Shown: positions 40,948 to 49,723 of the stretch, in pieces
Layout of the letters: each line of letters starts with the position of its first letter
Position numbering within the stretch: position 1 is the first letter of the stretch
Assembly: GCA_051859245.1 (NCBI GenBank)
Contig: JBHYGA010000009.1
Location: 38,767 to 102,766 of the forward strand
From: Gemmatimonadaceae bacterium
Lineage (GTDB): Bacteria; Gemmatimonadota; Gemmatimonadetes; Gemmatimonadales; Gemmatimonadaceae
DNA length: 64,000 bases
Reading direction: 5' to 3'
Made by a program: the position numbers and the translations under genes
Notes under the pieces: generated by a model
Told to the model about the DNA's origin: nothing
Seen by the model: only the letters and a program-made list of their open reading frames with translations
The model's database searches: none

Positions 40948-41850
40948 GTGTCACTGCATGTGTGGAGTTCCGCGCACTATGCGATTCCGCTCCCGGCGGA
41001 ACACCGGTTCCCGATTGCGAAATACGCCCTGCTCCGGGACCGTCTGCTCACGCAAGGCATCGTGACACCGGAGCGCATGCATGATCCGGCGCGCGCCACA
41101 CGGGAACAGCTCGAGCGTGTGCACACGCCTGAGTATGTATCGGCGCTGCAATCGGGAACGCTCGACAGCGCGGCCGTGCGACGACTCGGCTTTCCGTGGT
41201 CCACGCATCTGGTAGAACGCTCGCTGCGGGCCGTGGGTGGCACCATTGAAGCGTCCACGCACGCGCTGCACCGCGGGATCGCGATGAATCTGGCAGGCGG
41301 CACGCATCACGCGTTTGCAGATCGCGGCGAAGGGTTCTGTGTGTTTAACGACGTTGCGGTGGCCGCGGCGGAGCTGCGCGCACACCACGGCGTGCGACGC
41401 GTGGTGATTATTGACCTGGATGTGCATCAGGGCAACGGAACACACGCCATCTTTGCCAACGATGTGAACACGTACACGTTCAGCATGCATGGTCGGCGCA
41501 ACTATCCGTTTACGAAAGTGGCCGGCGACCTTGATATTGAGCTGGAAGACGGCGCCGACGATGCCACGTATCTCACGTTGCTCGCAGACGCACTACCGCG
41601 TGTGTTGCACGATGCGCGAGCCGACGTGGCGTTTTATCTGGCCGGCGCCGACCCGCACGAGGGTGACAAACTCGGTCGACTGCGCCTCACGCACGACGGG
41701 CTGCAGCGGCGTGACGCCATGGTTCTGGAAATGTGTCGCGACGTCGCGCTTCCCGTCACGATTACTATCGCGGGCGGTTACGGCGCGAATATCAATGACA
41801 CGGTGGAAGTGCACACGAACACCGCGCGTGTCGCCACTTCGTTTCTCTGA
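40948..41850 (+). CDS. Histone deacetylase family protein
   Basis: HRFP..KY, GGTHHA, GFCVFND, DLDVHQGNGT, AGADP, GGY. Confidence 0.93.
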   Translation: MSLHVWSSAHYAIPLPAEHRFPIAKYALLRDRLLTQGIVTPERMHDPARATREQLERVHTPEYVSALQSGTLDSAAVRRLGFPWSTHLVERSLRAVGGTIEASTHALHRGIAMNLAGGTHHAFADRGEGFCVFNDVAVAAAELRAHHGVRRVVIIDLDVHQGNGTHAIFANDVNTYTFSMHGRRNYPFTKVAGDLDIELEDGADDATYLTLLADALPRVLHDARADVAFYLAGADPHEGDKLGRLRLTHDGLQRRDAMVLEMCRDVALPVTITIAGGYGANINDTVEVHTNTARVATSFL

Positions 41851-41864
41851 GCGGTAGCTCAGCC

Positions 41865-41913
41865 CGTCGCTTCGTTTCTCGGAATCGCAACGTGCACGAG
41901 AAACGAAGCGGCG
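41865..41913. terminator. Stem-loop between convergent genes (probable terminator)
   Basis: CGTCGCTTCGTTTCTCG ... CGAGAAACGAAGCGGCG, 17-bp stem with one G-U pair. Confidence 0.6.
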
Positions 41914-41940
41914 TCTATTTAGCGCTTGCTGAGAAGTGCG

Positions 41941-42447
41941 TTACTTCGGTGTTGGGAACGCCGGGTCGGGCAGGATCACCGCATCAATCACATGGATCAC
42001 GCCATTGGATGCTTCAATATCTGCCTTCACCACTTTCGATTCATTCACCTTCACCATACCGTTGGCAACGGAGATCGTGGCATTGCTCCCACCAACGGTT
42101 GCCGCGGTCTTGCCATCCATCTGCAACGCCTCGGAGCTGCTCACTCGACCTGACACCACATGGCCGAGCAACAAGGCCTTCAGCGCTTCCTTGTTCTGCA
42201 TCAGTGAATCAAGCGTGCCGGCCGGAAGCGCCGCAAACGCTTCGTCACTCGGCGCGAACACCGTGTACGGTCCCGCGCCCTTCAAAACTTCCGCGAGCCC
42301 CGTGGCTTCGAGGGCCTTGGCCAACGTGTTGAACGTACCCGCCGCGACTGCAGTCTCGACGATGTCCTTCTCCTGCGCCTCGGCCACGATGGGCGTTGCC
42401 ACGGCGAGCAGTGCCGCACTCGCGAGCAGCGTTGTGAGCTTTCGCAT
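41941..42447 (-). CDS. Fasciclin (FAS1) domain protein, second paralog
   Basis: MRKLTTL signal, [49 protein letters not shown] before ATG 42447. Confidence 0.93.
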   Translation of the reverse strand: MRKLTTLLASAALLAVATPIVAEAQEKDIVETAVAAGTFNTLAKALEATGLAEVLKGAGPYTVFAPSDEAFAALPAGTLDSLMQNKEALKALLLGHVVSGRVSSSEALQMDGKTAATVGGSNATISVANGMVKVNESKVVKADIEASNGVIHVIDAVILPDPAFPTPK

Positions 42448-42525
42448 CACATATTCCTCCAGATCGTTTCGGGGTCGATGAGTCGACATCGGATCGTACA
42501 TGATTGCACGTATCCAGCCTTCAAA

Positions 42526-42550
42526 AACACAACGCGATCCGTGAGGTTCC
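42526..42550 (-). promoter_or_regulatory. Putative ECF-sigma promoter upstream of fasciclin 2
   Basis: Minus strand GGAAC-N16-TGTT, with GGAAC 103 nt before the ATG. Confidence 0.45.
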
Positions 42551-42679
42551 ACCGAGTGCGACGCGTCACGGGTGGGTGCCAGTTTTGTTGCAAGCCCGCT
42601 ACACGGCGACACTTTCCCCAAGATCATTCCCGCTGCGCGCTGCATCTGAGCGTTGGCGCGATTACCACGGATCACTCGC

Positions 42680-43540
42680 ATGACCACCCGATTCACACAC
42701 AGCACATCCGTTCCATTGTTTCTGCGCGAAGACGGCCCGCCACACGCGCCGCCGCTTTTGCTGCTGCACGGCGGGCCAGGTGCGCATCACGATTACCTGT
42801 ATCCGCAAATGCTGGCGCTCGCAGAGCGTCATCGATTGATCACGTACGACCAGCGCGGCGGTGGGCAGTCTCGTACCGACGACCCCGCGCCTGTGACGTG
42901 GCGCACACAAGTGGATGATCTGGCGGCCGTGATTCAGGAGTGCGAACTGTCGGCGCCCACCATTGTTGGCTATTCGTGGGGCGCACTGTTGGCCATGCTG
43001 TACGCCACCACGTGCCTGGATGAACCATCGTTCGCGGCACCCGCGCGTCTCGTGCTGATCTCGCCCGCGCCGATCACACGCGCCTGGCGCGATGTGTTTG
43101 AACAGGCACTCGCCGAACGACAGCGCAGCGAAAGCATTGCGGGCGAACGGCGGGCGCTGGCCGCGTCGGACTTGCGCGCCACCAACCCCGAAGCCTACCG
43201 TCAACGTGCGTTTGAACTGAGTGTGGCCGGCTATTTCGCCGATCCGTCGAGAGCAACTTCGCTGACGCCTTTTCGCGTAACGGGAAAGGTGCAGCAGTCG
43301 GTATGGGAGAGCCTTGGCAGTTACGATCTGGGCCAGAAACTGCGTGCCGTACACGTGCCCGCACTCGTCGTGCATGGTGTGCAGGATCCGATCCCGCTCG
43401 AATCGGCCAAGGCGGCGGCCGATGCGTTGAACGCGCGATTCGTCGCGCTTGAGGATTGTGGGCACGTGCCGTATGTGGAGGCTCCTGACGCGCTCTTCGG
43501 CGCCATCAATACGTTTTTGTCGGAAACAGACGGACCGTAG
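42680..43540 (+). CDS. Alpha/beta hydrolase (proline iminopeptidase-like)
   Basis: LHGGPG, YDQRGGG, GYSWG nucleophile, HGVQD, CGHVP. Confidence 0.88.
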   Translation: MTTRFTHSTSVPLFLREDGPPHAPPLLLLHGGPGAHHDYLYPQMLALAERHRLITYDQRGGGQSRTDDPAPVTWRTQVDDLAAVIQECELSAPTIVGYSWGALLAMLYATTCLDEPSFAAPARLVLISPAPITRAWRDVFEQALAERQRSESIAGERRALAASDLRATNPEAYRQRAFELSVAGYFADPSRATSLTPFRVTGKVQQSVWESLGSYDLGQKLRAVHVPALVVHGVQDPIPLESAKAAADALNARFVALEDCGHVPYVEAPDALFGAINTFLSETDGP

Positions 43541-43586
43541 ACTCGTGTCAACGCAGGCATGATCGCGTGTCCCCAGCTCGCAGGCT

Positions 43587-44045
43587 ATGCATCAATTCGG
43601 CGCCGTAACACATGCAGCGGTCGCGACCCTTGAATCCGAGGGGCGCAAGTATCGCGTGACCGTGTACGTGTCTCACGACGGTATTGAGTTTGTTGGGCGT
43701 CTGTGGTTCGCCGATCAGGAGGTTACGGATGTGGCCGGCATCCCCGATCGCGGTGTGCTGCCGGGGCGCACGGAGGCCGAGGTGATCACGATGGCGCGGC
43801 GACTGCGCCCGGATGAGCTGCAGCAGCGCTTTCGTCGCGCCAACGCCGAAAAGCGTCGCTACCACGGCCTGCGACAGCTCACGAGTGAAGTGCTGGACAA
43901 GGTTCGTTATCTGAATCAGGTGGGGGTGTCCATGCGCAGCGGATTGCTCGACGCCGACGCGGCCACGCAGGAGCTGGAGCTCACCGAGCGACAGCTGATC
44001 GAGCTGATCAAACAAGCCAAACGACTGGCCGGCGTAGAGTCCTGA
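43587..44045 (+). CDS. Hypothetical protein (beta-rich N-half, helical C-half)
   Basis: 152-aa ORF with host-like codon usage filling the gap before polX. Confidence 0.75.
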   Translation: MHQFGAVTHAAVATLESEGRKYRVTVYVSHDGIEFVGRLWFADQEVTDVAGIPDRGVLPGRTEAEVITMARRLRPDELQQRFRRANAEKRRYHGLRQLTSEVLDKVRYLNQVGVSMRSGLLDADAATQELELTERQLIELIKQAKRLAGVES

Positions 44046-44084
44046 CGGCCCCCGGGATCTGGCGCATTTCGCTAGATTCCACAC

Positions 44085-45884
44085 ATGGATCCACGCGCCG
44101 CGTCCCACGTGCTCACGCAGATCGCCACGCTGCTCGAGTTGCACGGTGAAGAGCCAACACGTGTGCGCAGTTTTCAGCACGCATCGCGCACCATCTCGGC
44201 GCTTGCCTCTGGGACACTCGCCGCGAATGGGCTGGCCGACAGTGGGGTGACAGAACGCACACTGGCCGACGTACTCGAACCCACCGTTACCACGGCACTG
44301 GAACTTGCGCCCGACGTGGTTGACGTCATACGCGAGCTGATCGAAACCAACAGCGCGCTGCTGCTCGAAACGCTTCAGGAAAAGACGCCTGAGGGATTGA
44401 TGGAAATGCTGCGCGTTCCCGGACTGGGACCGGCGCGTATTCGCATGATTCACGATGGGCTGCACATTGAAACGCTGCACGAGCTTGAGCAGGCGGCGCA
44501 CGATGGCCGGCTGGCCACGCTGCCGCGTTTTGGCGAAAAGACCGCCACCAGGATCGCGCAGGGAATTGCCGCGCTGCGTGAGGCCGGCGCGTACGTGTTA
44601 TTTGAGCATGGCCGCGCAGAAGCGGTGCTGATGCAACGGAGCATTGCCGCGCACAGCGATGTGATCGATGTGGCGATTGCCGGATCCATTCGCAGACAGT
44701 GCGAAGTAGTGCGCGATGTAGAGCTGGTGGCGGCGGTGCGTGGCTCGCCCAGCGTGGTCGCGGCGTCGCTCGCCCACGGCGAGGGGGTGAAAGAAGTGAT
44801 TGGCGGCGGCGGACGCACCGTGTCACTGCGCTTTGGCACGGGCACACGATTGCATCTCTCGTGTGTTCGCCCCGAACAGTTTGCCATGGCGCTCTGGCGT
44901 GCAACGGGAAGTGATGCGCACGTGCGCGGCCTCACCGAGTACGCGGCAACACGCGGCCATGCCATTGCCGGCGACGAGCTGCGTGATGCGTCTGGCGCAC
45001 TGTGTGTGGTTCGTTCAGAGGCCGACCTGTATGCGCAGTTGGGTTTGTCCATGATTGAACCGGAGCTTCGCGAAGGAACGGAAGAGATCGAAGCCGCGGC
45101 CGCGGGTGCGTTGCCCGACCTGATCACCGAAGCGCAGCTCGTTGGTGCCCTGCACTGCCACTCGCAATACAGCGATGGTGGCGCCACGATTGCCGACATG
45201 GCAGCAGCGGCCATCGCGCGCGGCTGGCAGTACCTGGGCGTGTCCGATCATTCGCAGTCGAACACGTACGCCGGCGGACTCTCGCGTGATGCGATTTTGC
45301 GTCAGCATGACGAAATCGATGCGCTGAATGCAGCGTATGCGGCGCAGGGTCAGAATTTTCGCGTGCTCAAGGGAATTGAAGCGGATATCCTGCCGTGCGG
45401 CCGCATTGACTATGACGCCACCGTGCTCGATGCGTTTGACTTTGTGATTGCCTCCGTGCACACGCGGTACGGCATGAACGAACGACAGATGACCGACCGC
45501 GTGCTCAAGGCATTGGATGATCCGCATCTCACCGTGCTTGGTCATCCTACGGGCCGACTCCTGCTCACGCGCGAGCCGTACGCGATTGATATGGGTGAGA
45601 TCATTGCCAAGGCCGGCGCTGTTGGCGTTGCGGTTGAGCTCAACGCCGATCCGCATCGCCTTGATATTGACTGGAAGCTCTGTCGCGTAGCGCGCAAACA
45701 CGGCACGCTCGTGTCCATCGGTCCTGATGCACACTCACCGCAAGGACTCGATCACATTGCGCTCGGCGTTGGTATTGCGCGCAAAGGGTGGTTGAGTGCG
45801 AATAATGTGTTGAACACCCGGAGCGTGCACGACGTGCTCACGTTTGCGCGCGAACGCCGAGTTGCGGCAACCAGCGTCACGTGA
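44085..45884 (+). CDS. polX: DNA polymerase X family / PHP-domain protein (non-canonical polymerase site)
   Basis: HhH VPGLGP and LPRFGEK, AGSIRR, PELREG. PHP motifs HCHSQYSDG, SDHS, GIEAD, GHPTGR, ELNA, DAHS. Confidence 0.9.
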   Translation: MDPRAASHVLTQIATLLELHGEEPTRVRSFQHASRTISALASGTLAANGLADSGVTERTLADVLEPTVTTALELAPDVVDVIRELIETNSALLLETLQEKTPEGLMEMLRVPGLGPARIRMIHDGLHIETLHELEQAAHDGRLATLPRFGEKTATRIAQGIAALREAGAYVLFEHGRAEAVLMQRSIAAHSDVIDVAIAGSIRRQCEVVRDVELVAAVRGSPSVVAASLAHGEGVKEVIGGGGRTVSLRFGTGTRLHLSCVRPEQFAMALWRATGSDAHVRGLTEYAATRGHAIAGDELRDASGALCVVRSEADLYAQLGLSMIEPELREGTEEIEAAAAGALPDLITEAQLVGALHCHSQYSDGGATIADMAAAAIARGWQYLGVSDHSQSNTYAGGLSRDAILRQHDEIDALNAAYAAQGQNFRVLKGIEADILPCGRIDYDATVLDAFDFVIASVHTRYGMNERQMTDRVLKALDDPHLTVLGHPTGRLLLTREPYAIDMGEIIAKAGAVGVAVELNADPHRLDIDWKLCRVARKHGTLVSIGPDAHSPQGLDHIALGVGIARKGWLSANNVLNTRSVHDVLTFARERRVAATSVT

Positions 45885-46588
45885 AGCGCTCGACCGTCAA
45901 ATCTCGCGGCGAAAAGCCGTCGCAGAAAGCACCACTCGTCACGCGGTCACCACGCACCATCGCGCAGAAACGTGCGATTGCTGAGCGCGTGCTGCACGAT
46001 TTGCAGCGTGAGTATCCGGACGCCCACTGCGAACTGGATCACACCAACGCGTTTGAGTTGTTATGTGCCACGATTCTTTCGGCGCAGTGCACGGACGTGC
46101 GCGTGAACATGGTCACACCGGCGCTCTTTGCGAAGTATCCCGATGCCCCAGCGCTGGCCGCAGCGCGTCAGGAAGACGTGGAAGAGATTGTGCGGACCAC
46201 CGGCTTCTTTCGCGCCAAGGCGAAGAATCTGATTGCCATGGCCGGTGCACTTATGGACCGTCACCAGGGTGAAGTGCCCCAAACCATCGCCGAGCTGATC
46301 AAGCTGGCCGGCGTGGGTCGAAAAACGGCCAATGTGATTCTGGGCAACGCGTTCGACATCAATGAAGGCATCGTGGTGGATACGCACGTGCAGCGACTGA
46401 GTCGCCGACTGGGGCTCACCCGCGAGGCTGACGCGATCAACATCGAGCAGGCGCTGATGCCGCTCTTTCCGCGGGAGTCGTGGGCGCTGCTCAGTCACCT
46501 GCTCATCTGGCACGGGCGCCGCGTGTGTGACGCCCGGAAGCCGCGCTGCGCCGAATGCGTTGTGCGGGATGTCTGCCCGTCGGTATAA
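45881..46588 (+). CDS. nth: Endonuclease III
   Basis: ILSAQCTDVRVN, GVGRKTANV, VDTHV, C-x6-C-x2-C-x5-C Fe-S motif. Confidence 0.95.
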   Translation: MKRSTVKSRGEKPSQKAPLVTRSPRTIAQKRAIAERVLHDLQREYPDAHCELDHTNAFELLCATILSAQCTDVRVNMVTPALFAKYPDAPALAAARQEDVEEIVRTTGFFRAKAKNLIAMAGALMDRHQGEVPQTIAELIKLAGVGRKTANVILGNAFDINEGIVVDTHVQRLSRRLGLTREADAINIEQALMPLFPRESWALLSHLLIWHGRRVCDARKPRCAECVVRDVCPSV

Positions 46589-46616
46589 TTCGGTTTCACC
46601 CTGACCCGAGTATTTC

Positions 46617-47087
46617 GTGCCCAAGCTTGCAACTTTCGAAACCAACCGTGGGACGTTCGTGGCCGAACTGTATCCGGCTGAAGCGCCCAAGACGGTCGCC
46701 AACTTTGAGAAGCTGTCGAACGACAAGTTTTATGACGGCGTCAAGTTTCACCGCGTCATCCCCGAGTTCGTGATTCAGGGCGGCGACCCACTCTCGCGTG
46801 ATCTGCCGGAAGGCGACCGTCGTGTGGGTACGGGCGGTCCTGGATACAAGATTCCCTGCGAAACCGCGGGCAACCCGCACACGCACAAGCTGGGCGCGCT
46901 GTCCATGGCGCACGCCGGTCGCGATACGGGCGGCAGCCAGTTTTTCGTGGTGCTGAGCGAAGCCAACACCCGTCATCTGAACGGCGTGCATACCGTGTTC
47001 GGTCTGGTGACCGAGGGTATTGACGTGGTCCAGAAAATCGGGCCGAACGATGTCATGAATTCGGTCCGCGTGACCGAGACTGCCTGA
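46617..47087 (+). CDS. Cyclophilin-type peptidyl-prolyl isomerase
   Basis: [38 protein letters not shown]. Confidence 0.95.
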   Translation: MPKLATFETNRGTFVAELYPAEAPKTVANFEKLSNDKFYDGVKFHRVIPEFVIQGGDPLSRDLPEGDRRVGTGGPGYKIPCETAGNPHTHKLGALSMAHAGRDTGGSQFFVVLSEANTRHLNGVHTVFGLVTEGIDVVQKIGPNDVMNSVRVTETA

Positions 47088-47121
47088 TCATCGCCTTCAC
47101 CACTCCCCAGCTCCTCCCATC

Positions 47122-47307
47122 ATGAGTCAGGCATCCCATTCGCACGGCTCCGACAAGGGCGCCGCATTCGCGGGCCTCATCGGCGGCGCGATTTTTATTG
47201 CCATCGTGGTCTATGGCCTGGTGGTCTGGACGAACAGTCGGTTTGACGCCCACGAAGGCGAAGCGCACGCGGCGGTCCCGGTAGCGGCGCACGCGCTGGT
47301 CGCGTAG
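47122..47307 (+). CDS. Small single-TM membrane protein with His-rich ends
   Basis: 61 aa, one hydrophobic helix, GC3-rich codons, followed by a hairpin. Confidence 0.65.
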   Translation: MSQASHSHGSDKGAAFAGLIGGAIFIAIVVYGLVVWTNSRFDAHEGEAHAAVPVAAHALVA

Positions 47308-47387
47308 TTCCCGCGCTCTGCCTTGGCGCATCCGGCCCAACGCCGAGCGCCGTAAGGCCGAGCTCGCTTGAAGGTCTGTAACTGCTT

Positions 47388-47437
47388 GAGGACCCGTCGT
47401 TTGCGGCCACCAACCGGCCTTGAACGACGGGTTTCTC
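47388..47437 (+). terminator. Stem-loop (probable terminator)
   Basis: GAGGACCCGTCGTT...GGCC-loop-GGCC...AACGACGGGTTTCTC. Confidence 0.55.
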
Positions 47438-47497
47438 GCTCTCGCGACGCCCACATCCATTAACGGCGTCCCGTCCCGAACGTCCGCCCACCTAGAG

Positions 47498-48136
47498 ATG
47501 CCCAATCCGTCCCGCGCTGAGGCGCTGATTCTGATGGAGTCCTGGACCGCCAGCGACTCATTGCGCAAGCATATGCTTTCGGTCGAGGCCGCCATGCGCG
47601 CGTACGCCGAGCGATTTGGCGAGGATCCGGAGCGGTGGGGTATGACCGGGTTGCTGCACGATTTTGACTACGAGCGGTTTCCGAACGCTGATCAACAAGC
47701 GGACAGCGAGCACCCGGCTGAGGGTGTGCGCTATCTGCGGACTTTGGGCGTCGATGACGACGTCTGTCGCGCCATTCTGGGTCACGCCCACTACACCGGT
47801 GAGCCACGTACCACGCGGCTCGCCAAAACGCTCTTTGCCTGCGACGAGCTCACCGGGCTGTTGACGGCGTGTGCGCTGGTCAAACCGAGCCGTTCGCTGG
47901 CGGATGTTGAGGTGCCAGGCGTGCGAAAAAAACTGAAGGACAAGGCGTTCGCGCGCGGAGTGAGTCGTGACGACATCGTGTCGGGAGCAGCCGACCTCGG
48001 AATTGCGTTGGATGAACACATTGCGTTCGTGCTGGCGTCAATGCGTGCGGTTTCAGACGTCTTGGGGCTTGACGGAAGGCTCGCCAGCACTCCGGCAGCC
48101 GATCACGATTCAACGCCGCTCCCGGGGGGCGCGTAA
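47498..48136 (+). CDS. HD-domain (HDIG) phosphohydrolase
   Basis: RKHMLSVE, LLHDFDYE, ILGH, FACDELTG, KDKAFARGVSR. Confidence 0.88.
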   Translation: MPNPSRAEALILMESWTASDSLRKHMLSVEAAMRAYAERFGEDPERWGMTGLLHDFDYERFPNADQQADSEHPAEGVRYLRTLGVDDDVCRAILGHAHYTGEPRTTRLAKTLFACDELTGLLTACALVKPSRSLADVEVPGVRKKLKDKAFARGVSRDDIVSGAADLGIALDEHIAFVLASMRAVSDVLGLDGRLASTPAADHDSTPLPGGA

Positions 48137-48141
48137 GCGGA

Positions 48142-48879
48142 ATGACTCCATCAAAACGCGTGACGACTGCAACCCTCTCTTTCCCGCGTTCGGCCACTGC
48201 GCCGACGACTGGCGCCGATCGCATCGGCGACGGGGGGCGTGTGTCTGAGCGTGTCGTTGATGGGGCCGAGGGATCGGGTGTTGTTGGCGGTATCCGTACG
48301 GGCGCGAATGACGATGTCCGGCTGGCCGAGGGCGCCTCGAGCGAAGTGCTCGCTGAACGTTCATTGGTGCTCGCCGCGCAGGATGGCAGTGACACGGCCT
48401 TTGCCGGGCTGGTCCACCGTCATCAGCGCCGTGCGTACGCGGTGGCTCGATCCATCGTGCTAACGCACGATGACGCCGAAGACGCCGTGCAGGAAGGATT
48501 CCTTCACGCGTGGCGTGCGCTGGCGCGGTTTCGACCGGAGCAGGCGTTTGGTGCGTGGTTGCATCGGATTGTCGCGAATGCGGCGCTGGATATTGCGCGG
48601 CGCAAGAAAGTTCGGGACGCCGATGAGTTGCAGGAATCGGTGTCGTCTCCGTTTCACGATCCAGCAGTGCGTGCGGAGTTACGCGGTCGATTGGGGTTGG
48701 CGATGTCGCAGTTACCGGAGCGTCAGCGTTCCGTGTTGGTTTTGCATGACGTAGAGGGATACAAACATTCGGAGATTGGGCAGACGCTCGGAATTCCCGA
48801 GGGCACGGCCCGCTCTGACTTGCACCATGCACGAGCGGCGTTGCGCCGTTTGCTGGGCAACTTGCGGAGAGACTCATGA
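48142..48879 (+). CDS. ECF-type RNA polymerase sigma-70 factor (start uncertain, possibly ~48241 or later)
   Basis: AQDGSDTAF, DAEDAVQEGFL, FGAWLHRIVAN (region 2). LPERQRSVLVL..EG...EIG..LGIPEGTARS (region 4). Confidence 0.92.
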   Translation: MTPSKRVTTATLSFPRSATAPTTGADRIGDGGRVSERVVDGAEGSGVVGGIRTGANDDVRLAEGASSEVLAERSLVLAAQDGSDTAFAGLVHRHQRRAYAVARSIVLTHDDAEDAVQEGFLHAWRALARFRPEQAFGAWLHRIVANAALDIARRKKVRDADELQESVSSPFHDPAVRAELRGRLGLAMSQLPERQRSVLVLHDVEGYKHSEIGQTLGIPEGTARSDLHHARAALRRLLGNLRRDS

Positions 48880-49295
48880 GGAACACAGCGAATCGGGGTT
48901 CGGAAGACCGAAGCCCGAACAGCGATCCGGAACTGACGGCAGCGTTGAGCGCGATGTACGCCGCGCCCGCCGACGAGAGTTACTGGCAGGGACTGGAGGA
49001 GCGCATCGTGGCGCGTCTCAAGCAGGCCGATGCGCAGGGCGAATGGTGGAGCGTATTTGCCGAGTGGCGTATGGCGGGCCTTGTGGCCGCGAGCCTGATG
49101 CTCACGCTGGCCGGTGCCGCGCTGTGGCAGGACTACCAGATCGATCGCGATATCCGGAAGCTGGCCGCTGGTGCGGCCTACATCACGGTGTTCGACGAAA
49201 ACGAAGAAGATGTAACGATCGCTATTTCGGTGCCCACATCACGTCCGGCGCAAGCCAGTTCGCCGTCGCGTTATTTGTTTACGGCTGAGCCGTGA
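48876..49295 (+). CDS. Putative anti-sigma factor (single TM)
   Basis: ATGA-coupled to the ECF gene. YWQGLEERIVARL followed by a TM helix. Confidence 0.65.
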   Translation: MRNTANRGSEDRSPNSDPELTAALSAMYAAPADESYWQGLEERIVARLKQADAQGEWWSVFAEWRMAGLVAASLMLTLAGAALWQDYQIDRDIRKLAAGAAYITVFDENEEDVTIAISVPTSRPAQASSPSRYLFTAEP

Positions 49296-49311
49296 ACCGG
49301 GAGGCACGACG

Positions 49312-49719
49312 ATGACACGATCACAAGGTAAGTCGGTTGCCATTGCGTTTTTGCTCGGCGCGTTCCTCACGGGAGGCACGCTGGGCTTTGCGTATGGGCG
49401 CACCACCGGCACCACGAACAAAGACGAAAAAACGGCATCACGCGCGTACAACTACAGCGGCATGGTACGAGAGCTGCAGCGCGATCTCAGCTTGACGGAC
49501 TCACAAACGGCGGTCGTGGATTCGATTCTGAAGTGGCGCCGAGCGATGCAGAACGAGCGACTGATTCCGCTTCAGCCGTCGATTGACTCGCTGCGCGACA
49601 GTGCCCGCGTTCTCATCATGCAGCGGCTTGATGAATCGCAGCGTGAGAAATTCCAGAATCTTATTGACGACATTTCGGCTCGCTCTGACAGTACCCGAGC
49701 CGCTTCCAAGGAGCGATGA
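49312..49719 (+). CDS. Periplasmic helical protein (Spy/CpxP-like)
   Basis: N-terminal TM/signal, LSLTDSQ, LDESQREKF (LTxxQ-like motifs). Confidence 0.65.
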   Translation: MTRSQGKSVAIAFLLGAFLTGGTLGFAYGRTTGTTNKDEKTASRAYNYSGMVRELQRDLSLTDSQTAVVDSILKWRRAMQNERLIPLQPSIDSLRDSARVLIMQRLDESQREKFQNLIDDISARSDSTRAASKER

Positions 49720-49723
49720 CCGC

